From positions 1,344,001 to 1,408,000 of the forward strand of contig CH464491.1 in NCBI GenBank assembly GCA_000002445.1: DNA of 64,000 nt, written 5' to 3'. This DNA is from Trypanosoma brucei (taxonomy: Eukaryota). A program made the position numbers and the translations under genes. The notes beneath the pieces are model-generated. The model did not search any database and had not been told where the DNA came from. It was given only the letters and a program-made list of their open reading frames with translations. Shown in pieces: positions 52,738 through 63,400 of this stretch; the stretch's first letter is position 1; each line of letters begins with the position of its first letter.

Positions 52738-53717
52738 CGCGTCATCCACCGAAACCTTCATGCCACGATTTAATAGAAGGGAGAGGTGAATACGTTGGAA
52801 TAGTGCGGTGTCGAGACGATCTTTATAAGTAACCCGCGCTCAACTGAGGTCAACAGCCGACGACCCGAATCGCAACGCTCTAAAGTTTCTCCTAAAGTAA
52901 AGTGTGAGAAAAAAAATGATAACTCTAATGTGTATGCCATACCTCCCTTTTTCTGTTATTTGATATGTTTCTACATATACCTGTATATGTTCACATGCGC
53001 CGTATTGCTGTGTGATCGTGCTTTCTTCTCTTTTCTCCTTTCCGCATTTTGCTCTCTTTTAGTGGTAGTGCCAAACATGTGGGTACCGACGTTACGTCAC
53101 TTAATGTGTAGGGAAGGCGTTTGAGTGAGTGTGGATAATATAAGCGCTCCCTTTTTTCTCTTGCGCGCGGTTTTTCAGTTAGACTGCAGTGGAAAAGCAC
53201 AGCGTTGGTACGCACTTCCTTTCCATTTGGACTCACCGTGGCGCAAACTGAAGGCAGCGAGAAATAATGAGATGTGGATGGGTTAATATTTGGGACCGCT
53301 GCTCAGTTGCAGCAACTTTCAAGTTTCGCAGCGGACGGGTGATAAGAGCTTTTTTTTAAAAGGTGTCTGTTGCAGCTGATCTTATTGTTATTATTATAGC
53401 TATTGTCACTGACTTTTACTACTAGTTCTTTTGCTCGTTAATTGATTGTTGCCTGTTGACACTGGTTACTTCTTGGTGCAGTGGTTAACGCGTGTTGGTG
53501 CGGTGATTTGGGGGTTTAATCAGGAGATAAATATGAAGTTGATAGATTGGGTTGATCATGAGTGTCTTGAATCGGCTTCCCGCAATCTGGTCGATTGCTT
53601 TCACCACCCTTTTAGTGTTATCAGCATGCACATCCTTCTTTACCATTCTTTACCCCCTTCTTGACGTTAGATAAGGACTAAGTTGTTTCAGTTTCAGGCC
53701 TTCTTTCCTCTTTGCAT

Positions 53718-56219
53718 ATGGATTTAAACACAGTCGACGAGAGGTATGTATTTGTCACACCAGGCACAACCATACGCGTCGGTTGGGATGAGAACTGCGA
53801 TGTCGTTCTACCCGCACTGGGACCCTGTTTATTTAACGGCCGTTGCATTACTACTCGAAGGGGTTGTGATGTCCTCGTCTCGTGCACGACCGAAGGTGAC
53901 CTTCTGTTGGCGCTTACGGGTAATGGCATCCGCGTGATAATCAACGGCGTTCAGATAAAGCCGTCGTTTGCTCCCAGGAAGCTACCGCCGGGGGCCGTTG
54001 TTTCATTCAACAAACTCTCTCGGGAGTTTTCTTTTATCTTCGTTGCACGCGACTTGCGTGCGGCTAAGGCGGATGTGAAGCATGTGCCTCCGCCAGAAAA
54101 TTCCGCTGCCGATATTGCGCGCTTGGAGGAGTTTTTGTTAACCCTTAATCCGCAACCTCTTTTGTCCCACGCGCAGTTTGATCCGGAAAGTGCCTCGTTG
54201 CGGTCGCAGCACTTCGTGACTCTGGTTGATTCAGAGACCATTACGCACCAAAAGGTGAGCACAGATGAAACCTTACCGTCAACCCTAACCGTGACAGAGG
54301 TGGCGCCCACGGAAGAAGAGCTTGTCGCTGACGCGCGCACCAGTGCTCAAAGCCTAACAAGTCAAAGTGTGTCGCTGCATAATTATGTGAGGCGCTTTTC
54401 CACTAGCGGTGGGTTCACAAGCCTCTACTACAATGAGGAAGCAGAATTTTTGCAACCCCATCCAACTCCGTATCGTCAACAAGGTTTGTTGAACAACGTT
54501 GGAGCATCCCCGCACATTATTTCGTCTGTCGTTGTTGAACTTTGGGGTCGACGTGTGGCACTGCGCAACGTCGCTGATTTTTGCGATTCGAACGTGGACC
54601 AGCCTCAGATAAATCTAACAGGCGATGCGGAAGATCTCAATGGTGCCGAAACAAATCCATACATAACGTTTCATGGTGTAAAGAAAATGGGAGGAAGGCA
54701 ACAACGATGCATGGATAAGGAGATCCGTTCTGCCGCAGAAAACGTTTTGGAGTATCTCAACGATGCTTATGAGAGTGACGACGACAACTTTATCGAACTT
54801 CCTCAGCAAACAAAAGATAAGATTTTTGAATATTTCCTGCTTCTGGCAACTCACATGATGAAAGCAGTAAAAGCGATGCCCGTAGCGCTACGACTTACCT
54901 CTCCTGTTGTATGCTGTGGTGACGTGCACGGTAGTTTTTCTGATCTCAAACAAATCTTTGATAACGTTGTCCCCTTCAAACACTGGTCGCTTATGACGAG
55001 GCCGGTGTTATTCCTTGGAGATTACGTGGATCGGGGCCCACATGATGTTGAGGTAATGCTTTTTTTGTTCGCATGGTGCACTTTGTGTCCCGAAAACGTG
55101 TTTTTGCTTCGAGGTAATCATGAGGATGACCGGGTGAATGGTGATACGGAGCTCTATGGCGAAACGTCATTCCTGGTTAAGTGTTTGACCTTTTTCGGTG
55201 AGGAGAAAGGTAGCATATTTTGGAGACGCGTTAACGATGTTTTTGCAGTGCTTCCCCTAGTGGCCATAATTGATGACACGACTTTTGTGTGCCATGGTGG
55301 TATTCCGCGACTTCGTGGGAGACAGCTCGTGCAAGCTGGCACCACGATGGGCGACAATGAAGATGGAGGGAACGCAGCAGCTCCATTTCCGGAATGGAAA
55401 CTTTGGCAAGAACACGGTGCAGAGAATGGTAACTCGTCGTACAGTTGCGATGGGCTTTCCTCTACCAATGATGCGATTGCACAAGTTGAAGATGATATCC
55501 CTGGGGAGGATTTGATGCAAGAGCTTTTGGAGAGTGTACCTGGTGGCCCGGGTGATGTTCGTTTTTACAGTGTTATGCCAGATGATAACGATGACTGCCT
55601 GACTGCTAAGCGCCGGCGCATTGCTCGTGAGTTACTTTGGAACGATCCGTGTACGACCCCATCGTTGCGTAAGAGACACTCGCTTCCACAAGGTGTGTCG
55701 GATATGATGGGATCTTTTACAGACGAGGAAAGTGGTAATATGGCTGCAGTAATGCCGCTGCCGCAGCGAAATGGTTTCAATTCTCAAGGTTTCCGCTGCA
55801 ACCACGCGCGCGGTTGTTCGGTAGATACTTTCCATGAGTTCAATTCGTTTGCACTTGATAACTTTCTGCAGCGGTGGGGGTTCACATTGGTGATACGTGC
55901 GCACGAGCAGAAGGATGCTGGGTTGGAGGTGGGGCTCGCTCAGCGTGTCCTCACACTCTTCTCCTGTAGTAATTACACTGGTGGCGACAATAATGGTGGG
56001 GCTTGTGTTATTGTCGGTGGTGAAGTGCGTCCCGTGTCATGGCGTCGCCCTTGTCCCGTGCTGGGCAGGAGTCCCTCAGCAGATGATCCCGATATTTGGA
56101 AAATGAAGCGCTTGAGGGAGGAGGTTGGCCGCAACAATTCGTGCAGCTCTTATCTGCATTTCCCCGGGCCTCAAATCGTGCCGTCTTATGTCGGTAAACC
56201 TGTGGTTAACCTTGATTGA
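53718..56219 (+). CDS. PPP-family serine/threonine protein phosphatase with a long N-terminal extension and catalytic-domain insertions
   Basis: The ORF track start 53712 is TTG; the ATG is at 53718. Catalytic signatures are GDVHG (54918-54932), GDYVDRG, GNHE (55113-55124), HGG (VCHGGIP), LLWNDP and RAHE. About 390 aa precede the catalytic core. A roughly 100 aa insertion lies between HGG and LWNDP. Confidence 0.8.
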   Translation: MDLNTVDERYVFVTPGTTIRVGWDENCDVVLPALGPCLFNGRCITTRRGCDVLVSCTTEGDLLLALTGNGIRVIINGVQIKPSFAPRKLPPGAVVSFNKLSREFSFIFVARDLRAAKADVKHVPPPENSAADIARLEEFLLTLNPQPLLSHAQFDPESASLRSQHFVTLVDSETITHQKVSTDETLPSTLTVTEVAPTEEELVADARTSAQSLTSQSVSLHNYVRRFSTSGGFTSLYYNEEAEFLQPHPTPYRQQGLLNNVGASPHIISSVVVELWGRRVALRNVADFCDSNVDQPQINLTGDAEDLNGAETNPYITFHGVKKMGGRQQRCMDKEIRSAAENVLEYLNDAYESDDDNFIELPQQTKDKIFEYFLLLATHMMKAVKAMPVALRLTSPVVCCGDVHGSFSDLKQIFDNVVPFKHWSLMTRPVLFLGDYVDRGPHDVEVMLFLFAWCTLCPENVFLLRGNHEDDRVNGDTELYGETSFLVKCLTFFGEEKGSIFWRRVNDVFAVLPLVAIIDDTTFVCHGGIPRLRGRQLVQAGTTMGDNEDGGNAAAPFPEWKLWQEHGAENGNSSYSCDGLSSTNDAIAQVEDDIPGEDLMQELLESVPGGPGDVRFYSVMPDDNDDCLTAKRRRIARELLWNDPCTTPSLRKRHSLPQGVSDMMGSFTDEESGNMAAVMPLPQRNGFNSQGFRCNHARGCSVDTFHEFNSFALDNFLQRWGFTLVIRAHEQKDAGLEVGLAQRVLTLFSCSNYTGGDNNGGACVIVGGEVRPVSWRRPCPVLGRSPSADDPDIWKMKRLREEVGRNNSCSSYLHFPGPQIVPSYVGKPVVNLD

Positions 56220-57275
56220 AGTGCGGTGGTTCACGCACGGGGAAAGGGGTGATAAGACTACGGTGCTCTGCTGGTTTTCGGCACTCAGCTGATATTGTAT
56301 CATTTCTAAGCTGTTCTTTTTCTCTTATAAATAGTTGTTTATCGCGCGTATTTTTGTATATGTTTTTTTCGTTGTTGTTGGATCAACCAAATAAATAAGT
56401 ACATGTATTTGAGCTGCGTACGATGTTGCACTTGTCGCTGCAGGGCAGCGGGTTTACAAACTGTTCCTGAGCGTCAGTCCAGAGAACCGCTTCTGTTAAA
56501 GTGTAAATAAACTTTCAATGAGACCTTTTCTCCTCTTTTCATTGGTGGCCTCATGAGGTATCACCTTTTCTCCTCTTTTCATTTTGCCTTCATCTTCGTG
56601 AGCCTCACTCTTCAGTCACGGGCGGTGCGACGTTGTCGATGACTGCCCGATATGTTGTGCGTGGCATATTATTTATCTATTTTTTGCTCTTATTTTCACA
56701 TCACAAATGTGGGCGTGCAGATTTATCATTTGAATTGCCTGTCATAAGTTTGTTTTCATCTCTTTCCCGACTTCTTTAGCTAATCTTATGTTTTTTCTGT
56801 AATATTTGCTGTTCTTACGTTTCTTTAAATACTTTTTTTTTTATAATGGGAACAGGCGCTAACGCATCCGTCGTAATTCTCTAACACAGTGAAAAGAGGA
56901 GGTTAAACGGATGTCATAAGGGCCGCTGGCCTCAAATGTGTTTATGTGAATTTGGATTAATTTTTGGACCATTGCCTCGCGCATTTGTTCTCAGGTTGGA
57001 CCATCTACTTGCAATTTCTCCATGTGGCTCCGGTGGCGACTGAGTAGTGAATCACTTTATGTCTTTTCCTTTTTCCTCTTTTCCTAAGATACAAACGGGT
57101 GTGCACCTTTTGACGTAGAAAATAAACAAAATAAAAACCGAAAAGAGGATATATACACACACTTATTACAACCGCCGAAGCAACCGTAGAGGACTCCGTA
57201 GTTGCTGAATTCTTTACCCCAGTTATATAGAAAACTCTTAAGGTCATTTTTTTTTATCATTACGAAGGGGTTAAA

Positions 57276-59243
57276 ATGGATACCAATGCACGCCGAGCAA
57301 GCGGTGGGAGTGCTGCTTCCGTAGATGCGGCTCCAGTAGCTGCTGCTCCCCCAGAGGATGACCGCGACGCAGTGATTGAGCGCATTTTAAAAGCTACTGA
57401 TCCTGTTGTCATGTCCACACCAGTGTACTTTGACTACAGAAAGGATGCCCGCACTTATCGCTTCTTTCCGAGTGTTGGCCAAACTGCCAGGCACTTTTCC
57501 GTTGATGGCGGCTCCGTACTGAAGGATGATCCCGAAGCGATACAACAACGTGAGGACCGGCAACGCCGTGAGCACGACACAGAGCTCGCTGCCCGTGCGG
57601 AGTTGAATCCGGACCTGGTCGATAAGGGTGTTTCTACGAGTATTTTGAAGAATCAGTTTAACTACAGCGATCGTGGGAGTCAAACAATGAATAATGCGAT
57701 GGTGGAGCGATGCGTGCTGACTGACCCGCCGCCGTCAGCAACCTTCAGTGCTATGGCAACGGCGTGGGAGATATACGATGCCTACGAGGAGGATCGGATC
57801 CAGACCGAAAAGTCTGCTGCGGCGGTTCAGAAAAAGACCACTAGTCATCGCCCAACTAAGGAAGATAAACTCAGCAGCACTGCCGATGAATCAGGTGGTG
57901 CTAAGACAGCTGAAGAGGTGCTCAGTTCGGCTGCGTACAAGCACTCCCTCAAGATCATCGAGCGCATGGTGAATCAGAATGACTGCCATGATATTATTGA
58001 AGACTTCAAGTACTGGGAAGATGAGAGTGACCTTTACAAGGAGGATGGTAACCTACTGCCCTTATGGCAATTCTTCACCAACAAGGTGAAACATCGTGCG
58101 GTAACCAGCATTGCCCTTAACAATCGTTACAAGGACCTGTTCGCTGTAGGCTTTGGTAGCTACGACTTCCAGCGACAAGGAAAAGGTGCGATTCATTGTT
58201 TCACGCTGAAGAACACGGTTCCCACTGTCCCCAATTCTCCACTTCCTGCTCATCCAGAGATGTCCTTCACTGTTTCAAGTGGTGTTATGTGCCTGTCGTT
58301 TCACCCAGTGGAGACATCTTTGCTTGCCTGTGGGCTCTATGACGGGTCGGTCTGCGTATTTGACTTGCGCATGCATGATAAACCAAAGGAGGAAGCCAAA
58401 CAGATTTGTCAGGCAACCGTAAGATCGGGGAAACACACTGAACCGGTATGGGAAGTGCAGTGGTGTCGCAGCACTGTAGACCTTCGCTTCTATTCCATCA
58501 GTACAGACGGCCGCATCACCAGTTGGTCACTGCAGAAGAAAGAATTGATTTTCAAGGATGTAATGAAAACAACAACGGGCGCATGTGTCTTCGATCCTGA
58601 ATCACTGGTACTTAGTCGCCTTAGTGGAACCTGCTTTGACTTCTCCAATGCGTACGAAAACCTTTTTATTGTGGGTACGCAGGAGGGCGCTCTGATGCTC
58701 TGCAGCAAAGGGTACAATGGTCAGTGCCTAGAGAGATATGAGGGTCACACCATGCCCGTGTACACTGCACGCTGGAATCCGTTCCATCCCGATGTCTTCC
58801 TCACGTGTTCTGCCGATTGGACCGTGAAATTGTGGTTGAGGAGTTCGACAAAACCGCTGTTAACATTTGATGCGGGTGATTCTGTTGGTGACGTCGCGTG
58901 GGCGCCGTATAGTTCTACTGTCTTTTCGGCTGTAACGTCCAACGGTAAAGTGATGGTCTTTGACTTAAATAAGAATAAGCGCGAGCCACTTTGCTCTCAA
59001 ACGGTTGTAAAGAATGCCAAACTCACCCATGTTGTCTTCCACAAGCAAGATCCGGTTGTGCTGGTAGGAGATTCACGTGGCTCAGTACTTATTCTTAAAT
59101 TGTCCCCCAACCTCCGTACTCTGTGTAAACCGAAGAAAGGTGAACCAGAGGACCCGCAGCATATGCGCCAGATGGAGGTAGACAAACTGAACCGCCTAAT
59201 AGATATCACCTTGAAGGATAGAATTCTCCTGGGGCAGGCGTGA
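57276..59243 (+). CDS. Axonemal dynein intermediate chain (WD40; DNAI1/IC78-like)
   Basis: ATG checked at 57276. KNQFNYSDRGSQTMNNAMVERCVLTDPPP (57651-57686 onward) and WEIYDAYEE resemble the conserved NQFNFSERASQT...PPP block of dynein intermediate chains. The C-terminal half has WD repeats (LACGLYDGSVCVFDLR, LTCSADWTVKLW, AVTSNGKVMVFDL). Confidence 0.6.
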   Translation: MDTNARRASGGSAASVDAAPVAAAPPEDDRDAVIERILKATDPVVMSTPVYFDYRKDARTYRFFPSVGQTARHFSVDGGSVLKDDPEAIQQREDRQRREHDTELAARAELNPDLVDKGVSTSILKNQFNYSDRGSQTMNNAMVERCVLTDPPPSATFSAMATAWEIYDAYEEDRIQTEKSAAAVQKKTTSHRPTKEDKLSSTADESGGAKTAEEVLSSAAYKHSLKIIERMVNQNDCHDIIEDFKYWEDESDLYKEDGNLLPLWQFFTNKVKHRAVTSIALNNRYKDLFAVGFGSYDFQRQGKGAIHCFTLKNTVPTVPNSPLPAHPEMSFTVSSGVMCLSFHPVETSLLACGLYDGSVCVFDLRMHDKPKEEAKQICQATVRSGKHTEPVWEVQWCRSTVDLRFYSISTDGRITSWSLQKKELIFKDVMKTTTGACVFDPESLVLSRLSGTCFDFSNAYENLFIVGTQEGALMLCSKGYNGQCLERYEGHTMPVYTARWNPFHPDVFLTCSADWTVKLWLRSSTKPLLTFDAGDSVGDVAWAPYSSTVFSAVTSNGKVMVFDLNKNKREPLCSQTVVKNAKLTHVVFHKQDPVVLVGDSRGSVLILKLSPNLRTLCKPKKGEPEDPQHMRQMEVDKLNRLIDITLKDRILLGQA

Positions 59244-59282
59244 GAGGTTGCGCGTAGAGGCTTGAAGGAGGGTTTGTGCGTT

Positions 59283-59283
<1 letters not shown>

Positions 59284-59315
<32 letters not shown>

Positions 59316-59316
59316 T
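59284..59316. repeat. (TA)n(TG)n compound microsatellite
   Basis: tatatatatatatatatatgtgtgtgtgtgtg, read directly from the sequence. Confidence 0.9.
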
Positions 59317-60804
59317 TGTGATGGATTATGAATGAGGCAAGTCCTATTGATGGTGTACTTGAAGGATGGTGGTGGTGTGGTGCTTAGATGTGTATATATG
59401 CATGTGTGTTTATGTGTGTGACGGAGCCGCCAGAGTGTGGCCAACCGCGAGAGGATTAGAGAGAAATATGAGTGAGTGATGTTTAGGGGGGTTGGGAGGC
59501 AATGGAATACCGGGAAGAGCGATGAAGGAGAAGGTGATAGAGAAAGGACGAAGCAACAACAACAAAAAGAAGTGTGCAACCCCGGAAGAAGAAATGAAAC
59601 AAGCGCTTATGATGGAGTGGTGAAGGGAAAGGAAGGAGATACAAGTGATAATTTCTCTTCTCCCCCCTTCGTTACCCAATATTGAGGCTCTAGAGGTGTC
59701 GCTAGCAGGCTGCTCCCTCCTTTCTTCTCCAGTAAGAAGAAAAAAAAATACGAAACCAACAACACGAGAGATGAAAAAAAAAAAGAAAGTAAATTAAGAG
59801 AATGTATAATTATTGTTTGTGTGGTCGTAGGTCGGAGGGATGCCAACACCTGCAGCGAGCTGTGAGCTGCAGTGACTGTAACAATAGATAGAAGGACAGT
59901 TGTTGTTATTGTGGCAATTAGGTGTAGGCAATGGTGTGTCCTTCCCACTGCCTTCGCCGTCTCCCTCTTTTGTTTTCCCTCTTCTCTATATTATTTTTAT
60001 CCTTCTTGCAATAATGTACATATATGCAAACGCGAACCAGAAACATGTATGTGTACGGTTCAGCTGTGCATGTGGTGACGTGACTCATGCACTAACGCCC
60101 GTAGCGCTTCTCGTTAGTGACCACAATTTGTGAAGGCTACTCATGTTCGTTATGTGTTTCTGCCAATACGTTATGCAGTTTCAGTTGGTGATGCATTGTT
60201 TGGCCGAGCTTTTCTCGCACTGTGTCCCGTTCCACTTTTTTTTTTTTTGTCTCTCAAGCATCTTCCTGTGGGTTTAATCATTTCTTTTTTCATACCGCAA
60301 TTTCTCTCCTTGCTCCTAACTGTGCCTTTCCCCTTCTGTTTTGCTCTAATGCAGTTCCTAGACCTTAATTAAGGATCTTTACATCCTGTGGCGTGCAACT
60401 GGCATTGGTTCGGCGCTCTGTGAGTGAACTTGACCGGTGGTAGGGTCCCCCATAAATTCATTCATTCATTTCGCTTTCTGCCGACTGCTTGCGGTCTTTG
60501 AGGGTGAGCATACCGTTCCACGCTTATTGAACGTTGTGTGAGATTCTTGGGAACAGGAAGTGTGTAAAACACACTAAGCAGTAACCGCTGATTTTGCACG
60601 ATTAAACAAGTAGCCGAGTGGTTGTGACTGAGCAACTCAGACCAAAGGTTGCTCACTGGGCACAGTTGCGGTAGTCAGTTGGAGTACAACGTTGCAAATA
60701 CGAGAGCTGGAAACCACTGCGTGGTGAAGTGAGACGACTTGCACACAAGGTTTAGCGTCTGCCCCCGGTAATAGGTAAGCAAGGAGGGAAAGGCAGAGGG
60801 CCGC

Positions 60805-61914
60805 ATGTCGGATCTCCGTCGAGTTGAGAGTCTGAACGCGGACACCTTCCGCCGACTCAACGCAACCTCCGTTGTGAAGTCTTTTTGGCACACTCAACTA
60901 CGAGCTGCAACGGCTGCATCACGTGGAGCCAAGGACGATTCACTTGCGACTGCTAATGAAGAAACACCTGTTGCCACCAGAAAGCTGCGTTCAGCGGCCT
61001 CATCTGCGGAGAAGAGTGCAGGAGGGCTCACAGACTCTACGGTGTACAGTAGCAGCAGCAGTAGTAGTAACTCACGCTTATCTGTGAGCGCCACTCTCCC
61101 CGGGTTTCCCTCTCCAACAGAAACGCGCCGTCGTCTACGGGCCGCAGCGCTGTCGGCAGAGCGCCACCGTGCTGAGGAGTCGGATGAAGAGAAACCTGAT
61201 CCCGTTGCGAGAACGCTGTTTCAGAACTTTTTACTGCAGGAGTATGATGCTCTCGACAGCCGCCCAGTTCTTACAGTTGTTCTTGATTTGGACGAGACAC
61301 TTGTGAGCAACCGTGACTCTGGAGCTACCGGTGCAATTCTTCGACCCTACTGTCTGCACATGTTGAATGCTTTGCGGCACATGCAGGGACTAGAGGTTGT
61401 ACTTTGGACTGCTTCAACCAAGGAAACGGCGGCCCCCGTAATTCGACAGCTTAGTCAGAGTGGCCCCGTCTTTGATGATGTCATTTGCCGCAATAGCTCG
61501 TGGTTTACGGAGCCGTTGCATACCAAAGATCTCCGACTACTGGGTCGTGACATGAGCCGGGTAATAATCTTCGATAATTCCACTGCCTGCTGCAAACTGA
61601 ACCCGCGTAATGCTGTTATTGTTGATGACTTCCGTGGTGTTCGCAACACATCTGACGCAGCTCTGGTGAACGTGTACTACATAATTGAGCGCTCCTTTAA
61701 TGGCTGTTGCGCAGGTGTTTCGGTGCTGGAGACGTTGGTGAAGTTAGCTGTGGAGAAACAGTTGTGTATGCCGGAAGTGCTCCACCTTCCTGAGTCATGG
61801 AGGCATATTCCACTGAGGGAAATCGCGCCACTAAAGGTACCACCGCATGGTATTTTCTTTCGAGCGCACAGTACCCCGCTTAATGACAGCATTATGCAGC
61901 ACTGGACGGTGTAA
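60805..61914 (+). CDS. NIF/FCP1-like (CTD-phosphatase-type, HAD superfamily) protein phosphatase
   Basis: ATG checked at 60805. HAD motif I DLDETLV (61285-61305) lies within VVLDLDETLVSN. It is followed by LEVVLWTASTKETAAPVIRQL and RVIIFDNS, typical of SCP/NIF phosphatases. The N-terminus is Ser/Ala-rich and low-complexity. Confidence 0.7.
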   Translation: MSDLRRVESLNADTFRRLNATSVVKSFWHTQLRAATAASRGAKDDSLATANEETPVATRKLRSAASSAEKSAGGLTDSTVYSSSSSSSNSRLSVSATLPGFPSPTETRRRLRAAALSAERHRAEESDEEKPDPVARTLFQNFLLQEYDALDSRPVLTVVLDLDETLVSNRDSGATGAILRPYCLHMLNALRHMQGLEVVLWTASTKETAAPVIRQLSQSGPVFDDVICRNSSWFTEPLHTKDLRLLGRDMSRVIIFDNSTACCKLNPRNAVIVDDFRGVRNTSDAALVNVYYIIERSFNGCCAGVSVLETLVKLAVEKQLCMPEVLHLPESWRHIPLREIAPLKVPPHGIFFRAHSTPLNDSIMQHWTV

Positions 61915-63208
61915 AACAATAAACAAACTATTCATAAATTTTCATAGACGGTACTTACGCATACAGCGCGTACGTGTGCGTATGCTTGTGCATTTCGACA
62001 CACATAGTGATAGGACTGTGGAAGGTGGAAGTGGTTTGGTCTTGTTGCTGAGTTGTTTAGCACATGGCTTTTTTTACTCACTTTCCACTGACCCATGACC
62101 ACTGTGGCTCGAGAGGTGTATTAGAGTCGCACTGATAGATGGAGAAGCAAACGAAAAGAAAGGGAGGTGATGTGAAGAAGAGGAAACGCCGAGCGGTGCC
62201 CCGAAGTTTATGGGCCGCGTGCGACGGTAAGCATACATCCAAACGTTTCTTGCTTCACCTTTTGCCCGGATTTCTTTTTTCGTTTTATTTCTCCAAACAT
62301 ACATTCCCATCTTATTTTCTATCTTCTTCAAACCTGGTGCCGTTTCCTCTGCCTCACTATTGTGTAGTAGAGGATCTGAGGGGCCGTAACCTTGGGTGCA
62401 CTACACGATGGTGCGAAGAGGAAAGATTAGGGACTGACAAAAAAAAACAAAAACAAACAAAAAAGTGCCGTGTTACTTGTTTAACTTTCTGTTACCCGCG
62501 AAAGTGGGTCGGGTCAAAGAGAGAGAATTTGTGCGGAGGAAGGAACGGAGAAACTGCTTGGGTGTTTTGTACTCTTTAGTTGCCGCACCTCTTCAGTTCT
62601 TACGTTTCTCAACGATGGTACAACTCTCTTTGCTGCTAAGGTACTTCCTCTTCATCCCTTTGATGATTGCACGTGTTACTGCGGAGATGGTTGAAAGGAA
62701 ACCGGAAAACTTAGCGCCTGAAGATGCGCTGCCACCTCATAGATTCGTATCCATAAAGCCACACCAGGTTATTTTTTTGTTTTATTTTGTTTTGTTTGCT
62801 CCTTTTTCTTTTTTTTACATGCACGCACCCAACTCTCTACGCGTTGAGACTGCATTTTCTTCACTTGCTCAACTCTGAAATTCACTCCTTCCTCTTCTGT
62901 TTTCGCGCGTAATCACGTGAAAGCCTCTCCGTAACTCAGCAGTGGAAAGGCCACATCACGCCGCACTAGTATCCACCCCTTTCTGTCCTTTCTTTTTGAA
63001 TTTTCAAACCTCGGACCGTCACTGTTTGCTTCAGCTTCCACTTATCACTGATTGTGTGGAAACAAAAGAGACTTACGGTGCGTGTTTTAACAACAACAAT
63101 AAGTTAACGGATAGGAACAATAATAATACCAATCGTTCTTGTTATCTGGGGGCTACTGCACTAAACGTGTTAACCAACGTGAGTTAGGGCAGTAACATCG
63201 GCGGTGTA

Positions 63209-63227
63209 CATATATATATATATATAT
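63209..63227. repeat. (TA)n microsatellite
   Basis: tatatatatatatatatat, read directly from the sequence. Confidence 0.9.
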
Positions 63228-63400
63228 GTACATCAGATAAAAAGAGTATTCCAAGCAAAAGTAAAAAAGAACAACCAAACCAATTAAGGAGTAGGTGAGA
63301 AATCGAATAAAGTGGGAAATATTTGTAACAGTGGTAATAATACCAGTGCTTTCCGTCTCTGTGTATTTTAAACACCTTCCCAATACCAACGTTTTCAGCT

